Source: the human T2T-CHM13v2.0 reference genome, Homo sapiens
Assembly (NCBI RefSeq): GCF_009914755.1
Contig: NC_060944.1
Reading direction: 5' to 3' (one strand)
Length of the DNA stretch: 64,000 bases
The stretch's first letter is position 1; every line of letters begins with the position of its first letter. The notes under the pieces were generated by a model that searched no databases, was not told the DNA's origin, and was given only the letters and a program-made list of their open reading frames with translations. Below are positions 17,193 through 35,575 of this stretch, in pieces. The translations under genes were made by a program, and so were the position numbers.

Positions 17193-18219
17193 TATATAAT
17201 TCTACAATATGAATATGCTATAATTTCTTTAATTATCTATTGTTTCCAATCTAGATTATTTCCCACTTTTGTTATTCTAAATAACAATAAATGGACATTC
17301 CTGTAACTATTTCTGCTTATTTTCATAGATTAAATTCCTAAACAAGAATTGATAAGTCAGGCTGGGCACGGTGGCTTACGCCTGTAATCCCAGGACTTTG
17401 GGAGGCTGAGGCGGGCAGATCACAAGGTCAGGAGTTCGAGACCAGCCTGACCAACATGGTGAAACCCCGCCTCTACTAAAAATACAAAAAATAGCCGGAC
17501 ATGGTGCCTGTAATCCCAGCTACTCAGGAGGCGGAGGCAGGAGAATTTCTTTTTCTTTTTCTTTTTTTTTTTTTTGAGACGAAGTCTCACTCTGTCACTC
17601 AGCCAGGCTGGAGTACAGTGGCGCAATCTCGGCTCACTGCAACCTCTGCCTCCCGGGTTCAAGCAATTCTCCTTGAATCACACCTGGCTAATTTTTGTAT
17701 TTTTAATAGAGACGGGGTTGCACCGTATTGGTCAGGTTGGTCTCAAACTCCTGACCTCAGGTAATCCACCCACCTGGGCCTCCCAAACTGCTGGGATTAC
17801 AGGCATGAGCCATTGTGCCCGGCCCAAAGTTTATTAATTGGTAATCTTTGCCATTTCGACAGAAAAACGCATACTGTCATCTCATCATGATTTATTTTGT
17901 AAACCTCTGATTACTAGTAATATCAAATATCTTTCATCTATTTATTGGCGATTTGTAATTATTCTATGAACCTCTTATTCATATTGTTTGCCAGTTTTCT
18001 TTTGAGGGTTTCTAATTTGATTTAAGGGTGTTAACCCTTTATCATGTTGCAAATATTTCCCTTCATATTATTGTTTGCATTTCACTTTTAACTATTTCTC
18101 TCTTTTTCAAAGTTGGTTTTTAAATTTTTATGTAGACAAATCTACCATTCTTTTATTTTATGGATATGCCTTTAGTATCATACTTAGAAAAGGTTCTCTT
18201 TTTTATTTTATTTTATTAA

Positions 18220-18435
<216 letters not shown>

Positions 18436-19371
18436 TGAACTCCTGGCCTCAGGTGATCTACCCTCTCAGCCTTCCAAAGTGCTGGGAGTACAGGCATGAG
18501 CCACTGTGCCGGGCCAGGTTCTCTTTTTTATGTATAATTCTCCAAGGTCTCAAAAACGCTCAAGACCTCTTCATAATTTGGAGCTTTATATTTATTAAGC
18601 AGTGTTTTGCCTTTAAATTCATCTTGTTTGCTTGCAAAATGTAACATTTCACTAGTTTGTAGTTTCCTTCACTTCCTGCATTGAGGTCTGTCTACATGTT
18701 TCACAGAACATTTATTTATTTATTTATTTATTTAGTTAGTTATTACTTTTTGAGATGAAGGCTCGCCCTGTCGCATCTCGGCTCACTGCAACCTCCGCCT
18801 CTCAGGTTCATGTGATTCTCCTGCTTCTGCCTCCCGAGTAGCTGGGACTACAGGCATGCGCCATCACACCTGGCTAATTTTGTATTTTTAGTAGAGACGG
18901 GATTTCACCATGTTAGCCAGGCTGGTCTTGAACTTCTGACCTAAGGTGATCCACCTGCCTCGGCCTCCCAAAGTGCTGGGATTACAAGCGTGAGCCACGC
19001 ACCCGGCCATGGTCCACAGAACATGAAATGTCAATCACATATGGTTCATTCTAATCTATATGCACATAATTATATATATTTTCTAGATTTTTCATATAGA
19101 TAACTTTTGAATGGAAAAGGAAGTTTCATCCCCCATTTAGATTAGAAAATAATTTCTTTTTATTTGAACAGAATCAGCCATATAGAATCCTATCCCTTGG
19201 AATAATCCACATGGCTTCTTTCTTACTTTCTTTTCTTTTCTTCTTTCTTTCCTTCCTTCCTTCCTTTTCTTTCTTTTTTTTTTTGTTTTTTGATGGAGTC
19301 TTACTCTGTCACCCAGGCTGGAGTGCAGTGGTGCAATCTCGGCTCACTGAAGCCTTGACCTCCTGGGCTCA

Positions 19372-19842
<471 letters not shown>

Positions 19843-20122
19843 TCAAGTAATCCTCCCACCTCGGCCTCCCTAAGTGCTGGAATTACAGGTGTGAGCCATT
19901 GCACCCAGCCTCCTTTCTTTGGCTTCTGATATCTGTGAGGAAGTGGGAGACCTTAGAGAAAAGTGGCATGATCTTTCTTAAATAAGCTTTAGCTCCTAGC
20001 TGTTTCACCAGTTATGTTTTTATTTTATAAGTAATGAATTACTAGGATTTTGATTAGATTCTGCAAGTAATAATTTTGGATTGTAAGACAGCATCATATG
20101 GCATTTTCTAATGGTAGGACTA

Positions 20123-20500
<378 letters not shown>

Positions 20501-20936
20501 TTAAAGAAAAAAAATTAAAGAAAAATGTGACTATAAAACATCTCTATTACCAAGTCCTACCTAAGTTACAGGACAACGGCTTATAGAAAATAGTACTGCA
20601 GTCATCTCTGTGGTACTTATGAGGAATCATCATAATTTACTAAGATAGTATTTCTAGGTAATGTCTTATTTGCTGACAGACAAGGCTCAGGAACTGTCTC
20701 TGAGACTCATCAAAGCTAGCTTCCAGACAAATAGGGTGATGTCCTTTCCTAAAGGGGAAACTGGACTGGGATGGGACTGTCATTCAGCTGAAATCACCAA
20801 CAGGATTCCTGCTACAAAAACCAGGTTTTCTAGAGCTCAGGGTCTCAGCTCTGCTATAAAGCCTTCCCACACTGGCTGCCTCGGATACCTTCCAAAATAT
20901 GGGTACACCCCAAATTCAAGGACTGTTATCACTTAC

Positions 20937-21002
20937 CGTCCTCTATCCAGTCAGTACCCATCCTCCTGAGCTCATTGTGATCCATGTACTTCGATAAAAG
21001 GC
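20937..21002 (-). CDS. MROH8: MROH8 coding exon, (G)LLSKYMDHNELRRMGTDWIED(D)
   Basis: Not in the ORF track; cctgcctttag| acceptor, G|gtaagt donor; 66 nt, phase 1 to 1, bridging the neighbouring exons in frame. Confidence 0.87.
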
Positions 21003-21677
21003 CTAAAGGCAGGATAAAGTCAGTGAGTCTGTGATCTGGCTTTTGCTCTTGGAAATGAATATCTAAAAGTTTTTATCATTAAGACATCTAAGCAGCCGGC
21101 AGAATCGGCCTTCTGATAATTAGGCAGATTCCAAAAACTGGGCTTCCAGGTGCCTGGTAGTTACCTATAGGTAACAGGGCCCCTTCTTCCAAGGTCATCT
21201 TCATAAAGAATGGGGATACTTGGCCGGGTGCAGTGACTCACAGCCGGGTACAGTGACTAATGCCTGTAATCCCAGCACTTTGGGAGGCTGAGGCAGGAAG
21301 ACTGCTTGAGCCCAGGAGTTTAAGACCACCCTGGGCAATATAGCAAGACCTTGTCTCTTAAAAAAAAAAAAATTGGCTGGGCATGGTGGCACATGCCTAT
21401 AGTCCCAGATACTCAAGAGGCTGAGGGAGGTAGGAGGATTGCTTGAGCCCAGGATGTTGAGGCTGCAGCAAGCCATGGTGGTGCCACTGTGCTTCAACTT
21501 GGGCAACGAAGTGAGACCTTGTCTCAAATCACCACCCCCGCCTACACACATAAAACCCCCACACCATACATACATAAAAATGGGGATACTGACTGGGCGC
21601 GGTGGCTTACGCTTGTAATCCCAGCAATTTTGGTGGCTGAGGTGGGTGGATCACCTGAGGTCAGGAGTTCAAGACTA

Positions 21678-21860
<183 letters not shown>

Positions 21861-21926
21861 TTAGCAGGGTGTGGTGGCAGGCGACTTAATCCCAGCCACT
21901 TGGGAGGCAGAGGCAGGAGAATCTCA

Positions 21927-22028
<102 letters not shown>

Positions 22029-22071
22029 TTAGCCAGGTGTGGTGGCAGGCACCTGTAATCCCAGCTACTCA

Positions 22072-22170
<99 letters not shown>

Positions 22171-22282
22171 TCAGTTTCAAAAACAAAACAAAACAAAACA
22201 AAACAAAACAAAGACAGAGGGCCAGGCACCGTGGCTCACGCCTGTAATCCCAGCACTTTGGGAGGCCGAGGCGGGCAGATCA

Positions 22283-22693
<411 letters not shown>

Positions 22694-23033
22694 CTAAGTG
22701 TGGAAAAAAGTAAGTATAAAGCAGTGAAGCAGCAGCACTCTATTGATCAGCCTTACCACAGTTTCTGGGGTCAGACACTCTATCAGAGAGAGTACAGTAG
22801 TGTTTGAAATAACTACAGTTGCTGAATGAGTATTATACCAGAATAACAAGCCCCTAGACCAAGTTATTCTAAATCCTGTGAATGCCCCTTGCTTGTACCC
22901 ACTCATGCCATATATTGTGCCTGTAATGTTTCTAAAGCCATCTTGGCTTCTCTGTATCTAAGTCTTTGTTCTTTAAGTTCCACCTTGAGTTCTGCCTCCC
23001 TATGAGCTTGTCCTTGACTGCTTGCCTGCCTGA

Positions 23034-23381
<348 letters not shown>

Positions 23382-24660
23382 TGATCCACCCGCCTCGGCC
23401 TCCCAAAGTGCTAGGATTACAGGCGTGAGCCACCACGCCCAGCCCCCTCAGGAAGTTTTAATCCTTGGGTTCTCTATGGCCTGTTATGGCTTTTGGGTGA
23501 AGGAAGGCACCTCTCAGTGGATCTTTTATAAGGATAGGCACCTCAAGAATAGGAGGGGGAGGCTGGGCATGGTGGCTCATGCTTGTAATCCCAACACTTT
23601 GGGAGGTTGAGCTGAGTGGATCACCTGAGGTCAGGAGTTCCAGAACAGCCTGGCCAACATGGCAAAACCCCAGCTCTGCTAAAAAATACAAAACTTAGCC
23701 AGACATGGTGGTGTAAGCCTGTAATCCCAGCTACTTGGGAGGCTGAGGCCTGGGCAACTGAGACTCTGTCTCAAAAAAAAAAAAAAAGGAGGGGGAAAAT
23801 AGGAATTTATTTTGATAGAACTTATGGCTTAATTAACATGGACAACTTGTAGTTGACAGCACCAAATTTCCTTCTGTAAATACTGTCATCAGTGTATCAG
23901 CTATAGGTTTGGGTGCAGATCAGACAGATAATCCCTAATGGAAACCCCGACACAAGGGCACTGCAAGTCCGATCACAGAAAGCTTCTGTGGGTCCTAAAG
24001 AGGTGATACATATGGAAGACTCCTGGGAATAGTCAGTCCTAGGGTCTGCTAGGTGGTTCTAGGGTCAGCTTCTAGAAAACCATGGATGGGCTTCCTGAGG
24101 CAGCCCAGGCTCAAGCTTGACCCTGAGATCAGACACAGTAGCCTCTGTGGAGTTCGTGAAGAGAAATGATACCACCTGGGTCCTGGCAGAACCAGTGGCA
24201 TGCTGCCATCATGCTGCATGGCCACACAGCATGGCAGCCCTTGCTTGGGACTCCCTGGACATGCTCTGATGGACAGTAAAACAATCCGTTCTAGTCAAGG
24301 AAAGGATTCAAGATAGTTATAAAAGCAATATATAACTCCATTTCAATTCAGTCCATAAGTAACTTTTTCAGCATCAACCTGACCTTGTAGCCTCTGACCC
24401 ATGTTAGAAGGGCTCCTAAGAGTCCACCAGTCTTTTCATGACTAAGAGTGGCAATCGAAACTAACTTTGTGACTCAGTTGGGAGGGAACTATAGAAACAT
24501 AAATCCACAATAAAAAACAGGTCATAGATATCAACTGCTGATGTGAAAAGAAATGGGAAATGTTTCTTGCATGCCATGTTCTGTCATTAAATAGTGTGTC
24601 AGAAGAAAATAGGTCTCTCAGTATGTTGAAGAGTTAACAAAGCCATTATTGCTCACATAC

Positions 24661-24783
24661 AAAGAATCTGCAGATTGTTCCTGCTTCAGTAGGTTTGATG
24701 TGCCAGGGATCTTTGGAGTACACTTCTCGGGGCAGCTTCCACTTCAGGAACTGGGCACATATAGTTAGGACTTGCCTGCTCTC
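24661..24783 (-). CDS. MROH8: MROH8 coding exon, ESRQVLTICAQFLKWKLPREVYSKDPWHIKPTEAGTICRFF
   Basis: ttttcacag| acceptor, TTT|gtatgt donor; 123 nt, phase 0 to 0. Confidence 0.9.
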
Positions 24784-24804
24784 CTGTGAAAAAGATGACC
24801 ATAG

Positions 24805-25035
<231 letters not shown>

Positions 25036-25789
25036 TGAACTCCTGGCCTCGGGTGATCCATCCACCCTGGCCTCCCAAAGTGCTGGGATTACAGGCGTGA
25101 ACCACCGTGCCCAGCCTCATTTTTAAACAGAGGTAATCTTTCTTCAATAAAACTAGTACTAAAGTACAATATGAAAAACTGATAAAAGAGAGCAGAAGAG
25201 CGGAAAGGAACTAGAATCCTGCCCTCCTCCTCCAACTTCTCCAAATAGTCCTTACGTGGAATCCACAAAAACCCTAGGGTTCTGGGGAGGATGTAGAAAC
25301 CACTGGTGTTGGGCAAAAGTGACAGCTTGCAGATGTAATCCCTAGACCAGAGGTTTGGGCAGGAATTCCCATTACCCTGTGCCCTAGAGATGAAGCTCCC
25401 ACCTCCACTTACTGTTCCTATGCCATTTTTCTGTCACTCTACAAAGGAAGTGTAGCCCCTGACTTCTGTCCTTGTGGCATCTCTGGGTTGGAAGGAAGGA
25501 ACTCTAGAGGACTGATCTCTTCCTGATCCACATCCTTGAGCAAAATTTAGCAAGTGGGTCTCTTTTCTAGTTCATTGTTCTCAGAATGCCACCCATACAC
25601 CATGCAACACCTCTGATGAATCTCCAAGCCAGTATTTTATCTCAGGTCCACTAGATGTTTGGGCCATAAAAATTCCTTTGGCTACTGATGGGCATATAAA
25701 TTACTTCAGCCACTGTGTTTAGTGATTTATAAATATCTAATAAAAAGTTAAAGATACCTAGATATTCTACTTGAGGTTTTATGCCCTCA

Positions 25790-26140
<351 letters not shown>

Positions 26141-26147
26141 TCAAAAA

Positions 26148-26240
26148 TATATATGTATATCTATCTGTCTGTCTGTCTGTCTGTCTGTCTATGTATGTAT
26201 GTAGGTATGAATGTATGTATGTATGTATGTATCTATCTAT
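26148..26240 (+). repeat. Compound microsatellite (TA/TCTG/TATG/TATC) in an Alu tail
   Basis: Directly visible tandem di- and tetranucleotides, about 90 bp from the MROH8 donor at 26326. Confidence 0.9.
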
Positions 26241-26326
26241 ATGAGTATATGAATGCTTCTTTTCTTTGCAGAGTTGGCTCTGGATTTGAAGTTTGAGGGA
26301 TGAGAGACACCGACAGTAGGCCTTAC

Positions 26327-26482
26327 CTCAGCTACTGCATCATTTTCATCCTGAGAATACAGAAGTAGTGGGACCAAGCTGTCCAGGACTTGGTTCTCTA
26401 TACTCTTCTTATCTGGGTTTTTTACAGACTTTATGGCGGCTCCAAAGAGAGTCACGGAGAAACGATGAACATCAGATCTCAC
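26327..26482 (-). CDS. MROH8: MROH8 coding exon, VRSDVHRFSVTLFGAAIKSVKNPDKKSIENQVLDSLVPLLLYSQDENDAVAE
   Basis: cttcccag| acceptor, GAG|gtaagg donor; 156 nt; LVPLLLYSQD resembles a maestro C-terminal HEAT motif. Confidence 0.92.
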
Positions 26483-26674
26483 CTGGGAAGGGAGTAGCCA
26501 AAGGGAAGCAATTCACTGAACGTGTGCGTGCTTAGCTTGTAACAACCTGGGAGGGGTTGAAAAGCCAGTCCTGACAATGAGGCTATTTAGCTGTATGTAG
26601 CTGAAGGCAAGAAATAAAATATACGTGGACACAGGCCAGGCGCAGTGGCTCACGCCTGTAATCCCAGCACTTTA

Positions 26675-26983
<309 letters not shown>

Positions 26984-27509
26984 CTACAAGTGAGAGATGC
27001 ACATAGTCTCACCTGTAGTCGGCAAACCTCGTGCCTGGTACAGGCAGGAACCATTCACACAGGCTGCTTTGCTGAACTTCGAAATCCCAGCCTTGGTATG
27101 TTTTACTCTTCCAAGGATGCTGGTCATTGTGCTCTATGCATTTCCTCTTGAGAAATATATGGCATTTGGGACAGGGACATAAGTATCATCCACCATCTTG
27201 ACCCAGTTCTGATAGTTCTTGAAGGGAAAGACAATGTTTTCCCCTTCCCCATCACAAAGCAGGGTAGTACCTTAGCAAGTTTCTATGTTCAGTTGTTTTT
27301 TTTTTTTTTGGTTAAACCTGAAAAACAATAACATCTGCCCTATCAACATCACAGGTTACCTAGTAGGGTCTTAAGAGAGGAGGTTTGAAATGCTCTGAAA
27401 GTAAAAGTCCTATACCAAGTAGAGTGTATTTATTACTATACCAACTTCTGTTTGCTGTTATGCCCATTACCCTCCTCCTAGGAAAGTCTGTCCTCTCTGA
27501 TTGTCTTAC

Positions 27510-27674
27510 ATCACCAAATAAGGAGAACAGGGTCCTCATCATGGCAGCCAGGGTAGTGAAATCCATTGTTCTAACAAGTTGCAGGAGTATCTGGATGGCT
27601 GACAGAACGATCTTCTCATCGGTTTCACGCAAGCTGTCTACAATGTATGGCAACAGGCTCTTGATGTCTTCTCT
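27510..27674 (-). CDS. MROH8: MROH8 coding exon, REDIKSLLPYIVDSLRETDEKIVLSAIQILLQLVRTMDFTTLAAMMRTLFSLFGD
   Basis: atgcag| acceptor, GAT|gtaaga donor; 165 nt, phase 0 to 0; HEAT-repeat pattern. Confidence 0.9.
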
Positions 27675-28044
27675 CTGCATGGCCAAAGGGAGCATATCAC
27701 CTTTTCTCCAAATCGCACGTCACCTGGTACCAAAGGGGGTGCTCCCCATCTTTACTCAGTACCTAGTGCTCACTGATTTTTGTTAGGGGTGGTAGATCCA
27801 GAAGGGAGAAGAAGGGGATATGATGGCCTTCTCTCAGTACTGGAGGTCTGATACATAGAAGAGGGGCAGAGCTGCTTTGAGTTGCCTCAAGGGCAAAAGT
27901 GGGACCAGGCAGGGAAGGTCTAGGGCTATGGGCTTGGGCTCACTGTAAGGAAGAGCTCTGCTAACAAGGGAAAGTGGAACAGGTAGCTCAGGCCACGGTG
28001 AGCTCCCAAACACACAAGATATCCAAACAGAGGCTCAAAGATCC

Positions 28045-29034
<990 letters not shown>

Positions 29035-29237
29035 ATCCCCTGGCAGGAATTCAAGCAGAATTTGACCGAGGACTTAAGGGTTCTTCTCATTCTGAATGGG
29101 GATTCTGCTCTTCTGAAACTACTGAAAGGAAACAATCTCAGGGTTGTAAAGTTTAAACGTACACATGAAAAAGTAAGTAGAATATAAACACAAGTTAGGA
29201 AGCCAGTTTTAAAAAAAAGAAAAAGTAAGTAGAATAA

Positions 29238-29674
<437 letters not shown>

Positions 29675-30740
29675 TGAGGTAAGAGGACTGCTTAAGGCCA
29701 GGAGTTCAAGGCTGCAGTGAGCCATGATCATGCCACTGTTCTCTAGCCTGGGCAACAGAGCAAGACCCTGTCTCTAAAAAAATTTAAAAAGTAAAAATAG
29801 GCCAGGTGTGGTGGCTCACGCCTGTAATCCCAGCACTTTGGGAGGCCGAGGCGGGCGGATCATGAGGTCAGGAGATCGAGACCATCCTAGCTAACACATG
29901 AAACCCTGTCTCTACTAAAAATACAAAAAATTAGGCAGGGGAATGGCATGAACCCGGGAGGCGGAGGTTGCAGTGAGCCGAGATTGTGCCACTGCACTTC
30001 AGCCTGGGTGACAGAGCAAGACTCTGTCTCAAAAAAAAAAAAAAAAAGTAAAAATAAATAAATAAATAAAATAGAACTCCAAGCCACCTGTGGTGGCTCA
30101 CACCTGTAATCCCAGCATTTTGGAAGGGTGAGGCAGCCAGATCGCTTGAGGTCAGGAGTTCGAGACCAGCCTGGCCAACATGGTGAAACCCTGTCCCTAC
30201 TAAAACATACAAAAATTAGCCAGGTGTAGTGGCAGATGCCTGTAGTCCCAGGTATTTGGAAAGCTGGGACTTGGAGACTTGGAGAATCACTTGAAGCCGG
30301 GAGGCAGAGGTTGCGGCGAGCCGAGATTGTGCCACTGCACTCTAGCCTGGGTGACAAAGAGAGTCCCTGTCTCAAAAAAAAAAAAAAAAAGAATAGAACT
30401 CCAGTGACAAAACTGAAGCTTCAGAAATTCCTCATGTCTTCTGGCTTAGGCTTAGTTTTCTCACCAGGCCTATGGAAGATGAGCTTTCTTCCAACATGAA
30501 TGTCAGTGATCTTTTTTTTAGATGACAAGCATCTTGGGAGCATATCAATGGTCTTTTCAATCTACTCCATGGGGCAACACGGTACAAGGCATAAAACAAT
30601 ACCTAAATGCTGTCCAGGTTGTGATAATGAGTATACCTCCCCTGCAAATTGCAGCTATCAACTATTATGAATATATATAATTTGGACTTTTTATTTATTT
30701 CATTTAATTCCATTAACTCTTTTTTTCTCTTTTTTTGTGA

Positions 30741-30902
<162 letters not shown>

Positions 30903-31006
30903 TAGTAGAGACGGGGTTTCTCCATGTTGGTTAGGCTAGTCTCAAACTCTCGACCTCAGGTGATTCACCCGCCTCGGCTCCCAAAGTGCTGGGATTATAA
31001 GCGTGA

Positions 31007-31291
<285 letters not shown>

Positions 31292-31803
31292 TGATTACAG
31301 GCGTGAGCCATCACGCCTGGCCAATTTCATTAATTTTTAAATAGTCAGTACTTGCCTATTTCTTAGGCATAAAACTTTAAATGATACAAAAGGATGTGCA
31401 GGAAAAAAGACCCTCTCCCACCTACTCCTGTCCCCAGGCTACCCAATTGTCTTCAGCTATTTTCAGTTTCTTAGGTATTATTTTGGGGTGATTAATTGGT
31501 ATCTTAGGAATCAGTGATCTGGGCCAGGCGCTGTGGCTCACACCTGTAATCCCAGTATTTTGGGAGGCTGAGGTGGACAGATCACTTGAGACCAGGAGTT
31601 CGAGAGCAGCCCTGGCAACACAGTGAGACTCTGTCTCTACAAAAATTTTAAAAATCAGCTGGGCATAGTGGCATGTGCCTGTGGTCCCCGCTACTCAGGA
31701 GGCTGAGGTGAGAGGATCACTTGAGCCCGGGAGGTTGAAGCTGCGGCACGCAGCGATGGTGTCACTGAACTCCAGCCTGGGTCACAAAGCAAGACCCTAT
31801 CTT

Positions 31804-32033
31804 AAAAAAAGAAAAAAAAAAAAAGAAAGAAAGAAGGAAGGAAGGAGAGAAAAGAAAAGAAAGAGAAGGAAAGGAAGAAAGGAAGGAAAGAAAGAAAAAG
31901 GAAAGAAAGAAGGGAAAGAAAGAAAGGAAGGAAGAGAAAGAAAGAAAGAAAGAGAGAGACAGAAAGAAAGAGAAAGAAAAGAAAAGAAAAGAAAAGAAAA
32001 GAAAAGAAAAGAAAAGAAAAGAAAAGAAAAGAA
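31804..32033 (+). repeat. Alu-tail polypurine tract ending in (GAAAA)11
   Basis: About 230 nt of almost pure A/G; perfect GAAAA units at 31976-32030. Confidence 0.95.
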
Positions 32034-32058
32034 TCCATGGTCTGGGGGCCCCTCCTAC

Positions 32059-32199
32059 CATCTCCTGGTGTCCAACAAGATTGTACAGTCCCCTCAGGCC
32101 GAGAATTCTAAAGAGATGATTTCCATCTTGTAGCCAGTCTTTAAAGCGGGCAACAGAGTATATGCTGGGCAGTCTCTTGGCCACTGGACTCCGGAGAAG
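32059..32199 (-). CDS. MROH8: MROH8 coding exon, LLRSPVAKRLPSIYSVARFKDWLQDGNHLFRILGLRGLYNLVGHQEM
   Basis: ttctttcag| acceptor, ATG|gtagga donor; 141 nt, phase 0 to 0; GLRGLYNL resembles the maestro-family (L/I)RGLGN motif. Confidence 0.9.
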
Positions 32200-32280
32200 C
32201 TGAAAGAACCCAGAGATCAGCCCAAAAAATGACCTTTAAGCCCTTTTTCATGTGGGGAGCTACCTTCCCACCAATGCTAA

Positions 32281-32610
<330 letters not shown>

Positions 32611-32864
32611 TAGTAGAGACGGGGTTTCACCATGTTGGCCAGGCTAGTTTTGAACTCCTGAACTCAGGTGATCCGCCCGCTTCAACCTCCCAAAGTGCTG
32701 GGATTACAGGCGTGAGCCACCGCGCCTGCCCTTGAATCTGAAAATTATTTCTATCTCACTCTTGAAACAGATCCCAACATGCCACTAACTCGATGTAGCC
32801 TAGGAAGGCAGGGATTGCTGCTTCATAGGCTTCCTGAATCCAGCTTCTAAAGAATGAGTCTTAC

Positions 32865-32979
32865 CTCCACAAAAAAGCCTGCAGATGTGAGTTTATGTTT
32901 ATCATTCCCTCGGTTAAGAAGAGGGACTAATAAGTACATGACCTTCTGTGCAAGGAGCTGATTTCTTTCCAGCAATGCG
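32865..32979 (-). CDS. MROH8: MROH8 coding exon, ALLERNQLLAQKVMYLLVPLLNRGNDKHKLTSAGFFVE
   Basis: ttttgcag| acceptor, GAG|gtaaga donor; 115 nt, phase 2 to 0. Confidence 0.9.
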
Positions 32980-33259
32980 CTGCAAAACACAACACCAACA
33001 GAATGACTCTCAGGAATGCTCCCATCCAGAGGGCATTGTCTCAGGGCTGGGGACCCTCTAGAAGTTCTTGCCCAGCTACAGGATAGTATACGGTAGGGCC
33101 AGGACCTCTGAAAAATTTGCCTAGCATTATGGATATTTGCCCACCCTCTTATAAGGAGGTTATTCAACCTTAGTTGCTGTGATAACTAGAAGGGAAATAA
33201 ATACTCAAAACAATGCCGATTTAGAACAGGTGGGTGTATGCATGACAAGGAAGCCTTAC

Positions 33260-33397
33260 TTGGCAAGGAGAAATAGTCCCTGAAGATGGCCATCTTTTCC
33301 TCCCAGGAGAGCCCATCCTTTATTCTTTTCCATGATGTTGAATTCCTGCAAGCAGCATGTTCTGAGGAGGAGAGTCTTTGTAGCCTGCATGGCAAAG
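33260..33397 (-). CDS. MROH8: MROH8 coding exon, (C)FAMQATKTLLLRTCCLQEFNIMEKNKGWALLGGKDGHLQGLFLLA(N)
   Basis: Frame not in the ORF track; tttgatttag| acceptor, AA|gtaagg donor; 138 nt, phase 2 to 2. Confidence 0.88.
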
Positions 33398-34302
33398 CTA
33401 AATCAAACGAAAACAGTGTGGGTGATTTGAACAGGTCCCTCCAACTTACCAGCACACAGTCATCCCATTCTCAGTGAGGAGGGTCATGCATTGACAACTG
33501 CTGGACTGTAATTCTCTGCTTTCCAAATTGCCCAAAAGACTCTTCTCTTTTTTCTTTTACTTTCTTCTTCTTCTTTTTCTTTCTTCCTTTTTTTTTTTTT
33601 TTTTTTTTTTGAGACGGAGGCTTGCTCTGTTGCCCAGGCCAGAGTGCAGTGGTGAGATCGTGGCTTGCTGCAACCTCTGCCTCCCTGGTTCAAGCGATTC
33701 TCCTGCCTCAGCCTCCTGAGTAGCTGGGATTACAGGTGCACGCCACCACACCTGGCTAATTTTTCTATTTTTAGTAGAGACTGGGTTTCACCATGTTGGT
33801 CAGGCTGGTCTCAAACTCCTGACCTCAGATGATATGCCTGTCTCGGCCTCCCAAAGTGTTGGAATTACAGGCATGAGCTACCGTGCCCGGCCTACTTTCA
33901 AGACTAGTCAAGTGCAGTAGTGAGACCAGAAGAGTCTTAATGCTCTAATAACTTGTAAGGCCCTTTACACAAGATCTCAGCATAAAGAAATCTAACTAGG
34001 TCTCATTTCCCCAGGAGTTTAGAAGGAAATCTATGATAAAAGAAATGATCTGGGATGCTAAACAGACACACACTGCTTTTTTAAAAGCTTTACTGAGATA
34101 CAATTTACCCCACACTATTTATCTCCACTGTTTTTATTATTTATTTATTTACTGAGACAGGATCTTGTTTTGTCACCCAAGCTGGAGGGCAAGGGTGCCA
34201 TCATGGCTCACTGCAGCCTTGAGCTCCTGGGCTCAAGTTATCCTCCTGCCTCAGCATCCAGGGCAGCTGGGATTACAGGCATGTGCCATCAGGCTCCAAT
34301 AA

Positions 34303-34518
<216 letters not shown>

Positions 34519-34916
34519 TGAACTCCTGAGCTCAAGTAGTCCTCCTGCCTCGGCCTCCGAAAGTGTTGGCATTACACATGTGGGCCACTGCACCCAGCCT
34601 AAAAATTTTTTGTAGAGACAGGCTCTTGCCCTATTGCCTAAGCTGTTCTTAAACTCCTAGCTTCAAATGATCCTCCTGCCTTGGCCTCCCAAAGTGCTGG
34701 GATTACAGGAATGAGCCATTGTGCCTGGCCGTCCACTGCCTTTAAAAGCTACTTACTGAACTGTTATCCCGGACCTAGCATCAGAGAATCTTAAAGCTGG
34801 AAGGAGCCTGAGCAACACAGTGAGACCCCTTCTCTACAAAAAATAAAAATAATTAGCTGGGCATGGTGGCAGGCAACTGTGGTTCAGCTACGCAGGAGGC
34901 TGAGGTGGGAGGATCA

Positions 34917-35153
<237 letters not shown>

Positions 35154-35213
35154 TCAGGTCTACTGACTTAGTCTGGTGTTCTTAAATATGTCACATTATA
35201 GTACTTTCTCTGA

Positions 35214-35575
<362 letters not shown>

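Noticed and set aside
24203-24239. Short inverted repeat GCTGCCAT...ATGGCAGC (also TTTGGGG...CCCCAAA near 2950-2968)
   Set aside because: 7-8-bp stems are expected by chance in 64 kb; no miRNA or snoRNA hallmarks.
31675-32133. 152-aa Lys/Arg/Glu-rich ORF and its Phe/Ser-rich antisense ORFs
   Set aside because: Translation of the purine microsatellite.
33384-33387. Alternative CAG acceptor for the 33260 exon
   Set aside because: Gives phase 0, incompatible with the upstream phase-2 donor at 35968; the TAG acceptor at 33398 keeps the frame.
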